Below, piece after piece: positions 47,754 through 48,227 of a stretch of DNA of 48,227 nt. The first letter of the stretch is position 1, and every line of letters begins with the position of its first letter. The notes under the pieces are model-generated. The model had not been told where the DNA came from. It worked only from the letters and a program-made list of their open reading frames with translations, and searched no databases. A program made the position numbers and the translations under genes. Location: contig CAZBPC010000017.1 of NCBI GenBank assembly GCA_964493715.1, positions 1 to 48,227 of the forward strand, in the 5' to 3' direction. Source of the DNA: an uncultured archaeon. GTDB taxonomy: Archaea; Asgardarchaeota; Lokiarchaeia; Sigyniarchaeales; SOKP01.

Positions 47754-47978
47754 TTATGTTCCCTCTTCGCAACCATGGATGTAATTATATTGTTCTTTCG
47801 TTAAAGTATCAATCTTTACACCCATAGCATTTAATTTAAGCAAGCCTACTTGATTATCTATTTCAACTGGCACATCTACCATTCCCGCTTTTTAAGAATC
47901 CTTATTTTTGACTATATACTCAGACATTAAAGCTTGAAGTCCAAATGATATATCTATTCCCTCACTTGGATGCTCTCC
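47754..47978 (-). pseudogene. ahcY: 3' remnant of adenosylhomocysteinase
   Basis: Manual translation GEHPSEGIDISFGLQALMSEYIVKNKDS*KAGMVDVPVEIDNQVGLLKLNAMGVKIDTLTKEQYNYIHGCEEGT* matches the archaeal AhcY C-terminus. Internal stop at 47892-47894 and no 5' part. Confidence 0.85.
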
Positions 47979-48158
47979 TAAAAAAATTTGTTTGAAAATT
48001 GTTAATAAAAATTTGTAATTTTGTTGTAAATAATAAATTCATCTTAAGGAAAATAATCATAAAGTATATAAAATAATTTTATTTTTATTAAATTAGTTCG
48101 ATATTTATCGAATTGGTTTGAAAAAAAGTTAATAAAAAAAATAGATGGTTATAAAAAA

Positions 48159-48227
48159 ATGATTAATCCACGTGAATATCTTGAAATGGGTTTTAAATTT
48201 CATGGTCATAAATGTCCTGCTATGCCA
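48159..48227 (+). CDS. FmdE-family protein, N-terminus (runs off the window)
   Basis: MINPREYLEMGFKFHGHKCPAMP contains the FHGHxCP signature. Confidence 0.75.
   Translation, partial: MINPREYLEMGFKFHGHKCPAMP

Overview
This is an AT-rich archaeal chromosomal segment. Gene content points to an Asgard archaeon, most likely Lokiarchaeia: archaeal ribosomal/translation genes, longin- and roadblock-like small proteins, SCP2 paralogs and a Get3-like ATPase. The taxon is inferred from gene content, not from a database search. The window holds bacterial-type dnaJ-clpB-fba genes and the conserved rps19e-PDCD5-rpl39e-rpl31e-eIF6-rpl18a-pfdA-ftsY-secE cluster, which is interrupted by two membrane-anchored CocE/NonD hydrolases and a BRCT gene. 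It also has Thermotoga-type inositol catabolism genes (iolM, iolN, iolO), three tRNAs and an accessory right arm with pseudogenes and repeat-flanked single genes. The main finding is in archaeal dnaG. The gene is split inside its conserved FGQ|TEG motif by a 38-nt insert (13937-13974) that shifts the frame and carries a stop codon. The insert's ends form a bulge-helix-bulge-like (BHB/BHL) motif whose predicted cuts restore the frame exactly, so it is a candidate tRNA-type intron in an mRNA. A tRNA-Phe(GAA) with two non-canonical BHB introns in the same window implies the cell has a relaxed-specificity splicing endonuclease. All protein calls come from motif recognition only.
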